DNA of 64,000 nt from an uncultured delta proteobacterium. Lineage in GTDB: Bacteria > Myxococcota_A > Polyangia > Polyangiales > B10-G4. Both the position numbers and the translations under genes were made by a program. Under the pieces are notes generated by a model. It was not told the origin of the DNA, searched no databases, and saw only the letters and a list, made by a program, of their open reading frames with translations. The DNA lies in NCBI GenBank assembly GCA_963727445.1, contig CAVSGI010000021.1, positions 160,001 to 224,000 of the forward strand, given 5' to 3'. Shown here in pieces: positions 59,955 to 64,000 of the stretch. Position 1 is the first letter of the stretch. The number at the start of each line of letters is the position of its first letter.

Positions 59955-60959
59955 GGGATCCGCTCAGCCCCGAGACGCGCGCGCTCCTCGACCTCGCCCG
60001 CGACGCGGACGATCCGGCGCCCGGCGAGCGCGAGCGCATGCGCGCCGCGGTGATGACGGCGATCGCCGGCGGTGCGGCCGCGGGTGCGACCGCGGTCTCC
60101 GGCACCGCGGCGGCGGCGACCCTGGCCGCTACGGCCGGCAGCACGACCACCACGGTGGCGGCACCGACCGCCACGGCGGCCGCGACCACCGCGGCGGCGG
60201 CCACGACCACGGCGGCGGCCACGACCACGGCGGCGGCCACGACCGCGGCCGCCACCGGCAGCGTCGCCGGCCTCTCCACCCTGAGCGCCGTCCTCACCAA
60301 GACCGCGATCGCCCTCGCCCTCGCCGGCGCGGTGACGACCGGCGCGGTGATGGGCGTGACGGAGATGGCGGGGACGGAGACAGAGGCGACGACGGAGACG
60401 GACGCGGCAACGGACACGGAGACGGCAACGGCAACTGGAACTGCAACTGCAACGGCAACGGGCACGGAGACGGCAACTGCAACGGACACGGCGACGGACA
60501 CGGCATCGGCATCGGCGACCGGGACGAGAGATGGCGACGCCGCCGCCGGCCGCAATCGCGCCTGCCGCGCCGCACCGCACCCCACGCCCCTCGCGTGCTT
60601 CCCTCCCCGCGACCGAGACAGAATCCGTCGACCTCGCGGTCTCCGTCGCCGAGGCCGACTCCGCCGCCGACACCGACTCGGTCTCCGCCATCCCCTCACT
60701 CACCCCCGAGCTCTCCCTGCTGCGCCGCGCGCAGGCCGCGCGCCGCTCCGGCGACCCATCGCGCGCGCTCACGCTGCTCGACGCGCACGCGCGCGACTTC
60801 CCCAGCGCCGTGATGGCGCCGGAGCGTGACGCGGCGCGCGTGCTCACGCTCTGCGATCTGGGACGCGTCGAGGAGGCGCGCGCGGCGCGCGCGCGCTTCC
60901 TCGACACCTACCCGAACAGCCCGCTTTCGGCCCGCGTTCGGGCGGCGTGCGCGCCCTGA
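59951..60959 (+). CDS. Probable anti-sigma factor (N-terminal cytoplasmic helix, TM, Ala/Thr linker, C-terminal TPR-like domain); frameshift near 60525
   Basis: ATGA overlap with the sigma gene; the C-terminus ELSLLRRAQAA..ALTLLDAHARDFP..ER..LCDLGR..FL..YPNSP lies in the +1 frame. Confidence 0.7.
60193..60245 (+). repeat. In-frame 18-bp tandem repeat, about three copies
   Basis: GGCGGCGGCCACGACCAC x3 encoding AAATTT; a Thr-X dipeptide tract follows at about 60370-60520. Confidence 0.8.
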
Positions 60960-60968
60960 AAAAAAATC

Positions 60969-61001
60969 TGACGGATCGACGAGGGCCCGGCCACACAGAA
61001 G
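60969..61001 (+). promoter_or_regulatory. Candidate ECF-sigma target promoter
   Basis: TGACGGATCG-N10-GGCCAC-N3-GAAG preceded by an A8 tract, just upstream of RBS GAGG and ATG 61016. Confidence 0.65.
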
Positions 61002-61015
61002 CAGAGGACGACGAC

Positions 61016-61888
61016 ATGCTTCAAATCTCCAAGACCCTGACCTTTTCGATCCTGGCATCCGCGATGCTCTTCGGCTGCAACACCATGAGCCACATCGGAG
61101 ACGACGACTCCGGCACCGGCGAAGCTTGCGGCGACGTGACCTGCGGCGCCGGCCAGGTGTGCTGCAACGAGAGCTGCGGCATCTGCACCGCCCCCGGCGA
61201 AGGCTGCGCCGCGCTCTACTGTGAGCCGGCGGGCGACGGTGGCACCGAGCCGCCCGACGCCGATCCGCCTCCGCCTCCCAGCGATGGCGGCCCGGTGCCC
61301 CCGCCCACCGACGGCGGCACCGAGTGGTGCGGTCCCGTGACCTGCGGTCCCGGCACCGTCTGCTGCAACTCGAGCTGCGGCATCTGCACCGCGCCGGGCG
61401 AGAGCTGTCCCGCCATCGGCTGCGCCGACGCGGGCCCTCCCAGCGGTCCCTGTGCCCCGATGGACGCGCGCGGCGATGGTGCCTGCGCTCTCTTCATCGG
61501 TTTCGTCTGGGACGGATCGGACTGCGTCGGCATCGGCGGGTGTGATTGCGTCGGCACCGATTGCGACAACGTGACCGCCACCCCCGAAGAGTGCCGCGCC
61601 GCCCACGCCGAGTGCACGCCCTCCACCGGCATCCTCTGCGGCGGCATCGCCGGCGTCGCATGCCCGGACGGCATGTTCTGCGACTACCCCGATGGTTCCT
61701 TCTGCGGCGGTGACGACACCACCGGTGAGTGCCGCACCATCCCCGGCCCCGATTGCCCGGAGATCTACTCGCCGGTTTGCGGCTGTGACGGTACGACCTA
61801 CTCGAACGCATGCTTCGCCAACGCAGCGGGCATCGATTACGAGTTCACCGGCACCTGCGCCGACACCCTGCCCGGCGGCACTCCCTGA
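61016..61888 (+). CDS. Cys-rich lipoprotein with C-terminal Kazal-type domain
   Basis: Lipobox LFGC; two CGxVTCGxGxVCCNxSCGICT repeats; CGGIAG..C; CPEIYSPVCGCDGTTYSNAC. Confidence 0.8.
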   Translation: MLQISKTLTFSILASAMLFGCNTMSHIGDDDSGTGEACGDVTCGAGQVCCNESCGICTAPGEGCAALYCEPAGDGGTEPPDADPPPPPSDGGPVPPPTDGGTEWCGPVTCGPGTVCCNSSCGICTAPGESCPAIGCADAGPPSGPCAPMDARGDGACALFIGFVWDGSDCVGIGGCDCVGTDCDNVTATPEECRAAHAECTPSTGILCGGIAGVACPDGMFCDYPDGSFCGGDDTTGECRTIPGPDCPEIYSPVCGCDGTTYSNACFANAAGIDYEFTGTCADTLPGGTP

Positions 61889-61975
61889 TTCCAAGGCTCG
61901 ACCTCTCAGACACGTTCCTTCACATCCAATCCGAGAGCAGAGAAATCCGGTCCTCCTCCATCCATCCGGACCGGT

Positions 61976-62011
61976 ACGGGCGGGGCCGCCAATTCTGGCG
62001 GCCCCGCCCGT
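61976..62011 (+). terminator. Strong hairpin, probable terminator of the ECF module
   Basis: 16-bp perfect stem ACGGGCGGGGCCGCCA-ATTC-TGGCGGCCCCGCCCGT then TTGT. Confidence 0.7.
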
Positions 62012-62028
62012 TTGTGCGTCGTCGGTGT

Positions 62029-62661
62029 ATGGTCTCTGGCGTGTCTTCCTGGGATCGCTACGTCGTGCCGCGCCTCATCGAGTGGGCGTGCAACGGCCGG
62101 CCGGTGACACGGCAGCGGCAGAAGGTGGTGCCTGCCGCGCGCGGGCGGGTGCTGGAGATCGGCGTCGGCTCCGGCCTCAACTTCCCGTTCTACGATCCGT
62201 CGAAGGTGGAGTCCGTCGTCGGCAACGACATCTCCGAGGAGCTCCTCGCGAAGGCCGAGCGCGCCGCCGACAGCGTGCCCTTCGAGGTCACGCTCTCCTC
62301 TACCTCCGCCGAGCACCTCGCCTTCGACGACGACTCCTTCGACACCGTGCTCGTCACCTACACGCTGTGTTCGATACCGGACGTCGCCTCGGCGCTCTGC
62401 GAATCGCGCCGCGTCCTCCGGCCCGACGGAAGGCTCCTCTTCGTGGAGCACGGCCAGGCCCCGGATGCCTCGGTTGCGCGGTGGCAGCGACGCCTGGAGC
62501 CGGCGTGGAAGCGGATCGGCGGGGGCTGTCATCTGACGCGCGACGTCCCCGTCCTCCTTCGGGACGCGGGCTTCGACGTCGACTGGCTCGAGACCCTCTA
62601 CCTGCCGGGCCCACGCGTCCTCAACTTCAACTACTGGGGTTCGGCGAAGCCCGCGGGCTGA
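62029..62661 (+). CDS. Class I SAM-dependent methyltransferase
   Basis: VLEIGVGSGLN, FDTVLVTYTLCSIPD, LRPDGRLLFVEHG, GGCHLTRD. Confidence 0.9.
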   Translation: MVSGVSSWDRYVVPRLIEWACNGRPVTRQRQKVVPAARGRVLEIGVGSGLNFPFYDPSKVESVVGNDISEELLAKAERAADSVPFEVTLSSTSAEHLAFDDDSFDTVLVTYTLCSIPDVASALCESRRVLRPDGRLLFVEHGQAPDASVARWQRRLEPAWKRIGGGCHLTRDVPVLLRDAGFDVDWLETLYLPGPRVLNFNYWGSAKPAG

Positions 62662-62678
62662 TAGGGTGGGGGTGCGCG

Positions 62679-63524
62679 ATGCGTCCCGAGCGCCCCAGCC
62701 TCACCGCCGCCATCGTCTCCTTCGGACGCGGCGTCGGCCTGTCCGAAGCGCGACGCGATCCACACGCGCGCGATCTGCTGAGCGGACCTTTTCGACTGGC
62801 GCTTTCGGCGGTGCAGGGCAGCCGGAGCCTGCGGAACGTCGCACGCATCGCCACCGGCGGGCTCGTGGATCACGCCACGCTTCGCATGGCGGCCGTCGAC
62901 GACGCCGTCCGTGACGCGGCGGGCGACGCCATCGACCAGCTGGTGATCCTCGGCGCGGGGCTCGACGCGCGGCCGTGGCGAATGAAGGAGCTCGCGGGCG
63001 TGCACGTCCTCGAGATCGACCATCCCGCGACTCAGGCCTACAAGCGCGAGCGCATCGGCGCGGTGCGGCCGTGCTGCCAGAGCCATACCTTCGTCGCCGT
63101 GGACTTCGAAAAGGACGCGCTCGGCGAGCGCCTCGACGCGCAAGCGCTCGACGTCGAACGTCCCATCCATTGGCTGTGGGAGGCGGTGTCGATGTACCTC
63201 TTGCCCGACGCCATCGACGCCACCCTCGCCGAGATCGGCGCGCGCTCTGCGCCGGGCAGCCGGCTGACGATGACCTACATCCGGCCCGACTTCCTGCCCT
63301 TTCACCGCCCCAAGCGTCTAGCTCACGCCGCGTTCTCCATCCTCGGAGAGCCCCTCGTCGGCACCATGAGCAGCGACGACTTGAGCGGGCGCCTCTCCCG
63401 CGTGGGCTTGTCGCTCCGCGAGGACTCCGACTCGACGGATTGGGCGCGCCGGTACGGCGGCAGCGCGCTCGTCGCGTCGCCCTTTCGCGCGGAACGGCTG
63501 GCGGTCGCCGAGAGACGCCACTAG
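62679..63524 (+). CDS. SAM-dependent methyltransferase (leucine carboxyl methyltransferase-like)
   Basis: PSLTA, QLVILGAGLDARPWR, EIDHPATQAYK, WEAVSMYL. Confidence 0.88.
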   Translation: MRPERPSLTAAIVSFGRGVGLSEARRDPHARDLLSGPFRLALSAVQGSRSLRNVARIATGGLVDHATLRMAAVDDAVRDAAGDAIDQLVILGAGLDARPWRMKELAGVHVLEIDHPATQAYKRERIGAVRPCCQSHTFVAVDFEKDALGERLDAQALDVERPIHWLWEAVSMYLLPDAIDATLAEIGARSAPGSRLTMTYIRPDFLPFHRPKRLAHAAFSILGEPLVGTMSSDDLSGRLSRVGLSLREDSDSTDWARRYGGSALVASPFRAERLAVAERRH

Positions 63525-63533
63525 ATCTGCCGC

Positions 63534-64000
63534 GTGTGCACCATCGTCGTCTTCTCTCGGATCCGTCCCGAAGCCGGTCTCGTCGTGTTGGCCAATCGGG
63601 ACGAGTTCTACGCGCGTCCGACCGAGCCGCCGCGCGTCCTCGATCCCGAGACGGGGGCGGTGGGCGGCGTCGACGCGGTGGGCGGTGGTACTTGGTTGGG
63701 GGCGACGCCATCGGGCTTCTTCGTCGGGCTCACCAACCAGCGCTCGTGGCGCCTTCGTCACGAAGCGCGAAAGTCACGGGGGCTCGTCGCGCTGGCTGCT
63801 CTGAGCGCCGGTAGCAGCCAGGCCGTCGACGCGCTGCTTCGCGACCTCGACCCGGCCGACTACAACCCCTTCAACCTGATCTACGGCGACGCGACCGGCA
63901 TCACCGTCGCCTATGCGCGCGCGTCCGGCATCGAGCGGCTGGAGCTCGACCCGGGACTTCACGTCCTCGTCAACGATCGCATCGGCTCTGCCGACTTCCC
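63534..64000 (+). CDS. NRDE/TANGO2 family protein, partial (runs off the window; absent from the ORF track)
   Basis: GTG-CTIVV..LVVLANRDEFYARPT, GGTWLG, GLTN, SRG, YNPFNL. Confidence 0.9.
   Translation, partial: MCTIVVFSRIRPEAGLVVLANRDEFYARPTEPPRVLDPETGAVGGVDAVGGGTWLGATPSGFFVGLTNQRSWRLRHEARKSRGLVALAALSAGSSQAVDALLRDLDPADYNPFNLIYGDATGITVAYARASGIERLELDPGLHVLVNDRIGSADF

Overview
GC-rich (about 70% by eye) chromosomal segment from a myxobacterium. MYXO-CTERM proteins, a GltJ/AgmX-like protein, Cys-rich lipoproteins and an ECF module point to Polyangiales/Sandaracinaceae-like; this placement is inferred. From start to end it holds: rmlBACD flanked by two GT-C type membrane glycosyltransferases; a fadD-nupC-lipoprotein-cNMP/GGDEF run; a stable-RNA region (all four tRNA-Ser isoacceptors, tRNA-Arg(ACG), tadA, SRP RNA); hmgA; a comM-recA pair; three paralogous VWA (CglB-like) lipoproteins; a CAP/Cys-repeat MYXO-CTERM protein; an NtrC-type regulator; a CPBP protease next to a MYXO-CTERM gene; an MshEN-like-REC-TPR gene; a GltJ-like gene; an isolated fliQ/fliR (sctS/sctT) pair; hpt; an accessory stretch of secreted proteins; an OM barrel/ECF sigma/TPR anti-sigma/Cys-rich lipoprotein module; two methyltransferases and an NRDE gene cut by the window end. 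No transposase, integrase, prophage, CRISPR array or rRNA was seen. Six single-base frameshifts suggest long-read indel errors. The strongest leads are (1) the ECF module, where a bipartite motif TGACGGATCG-N10-GGCCAC-N3-GAAG occurs twice, (2) a covarying ~125-nt palindromic element behind two stable-RNA genes, (3) the orphan export-gate pair, and (4) sigma54-like promoters before all three VWA paralogs and comM-recA. All family assignments come from motif recognition by eye, not from database searches.
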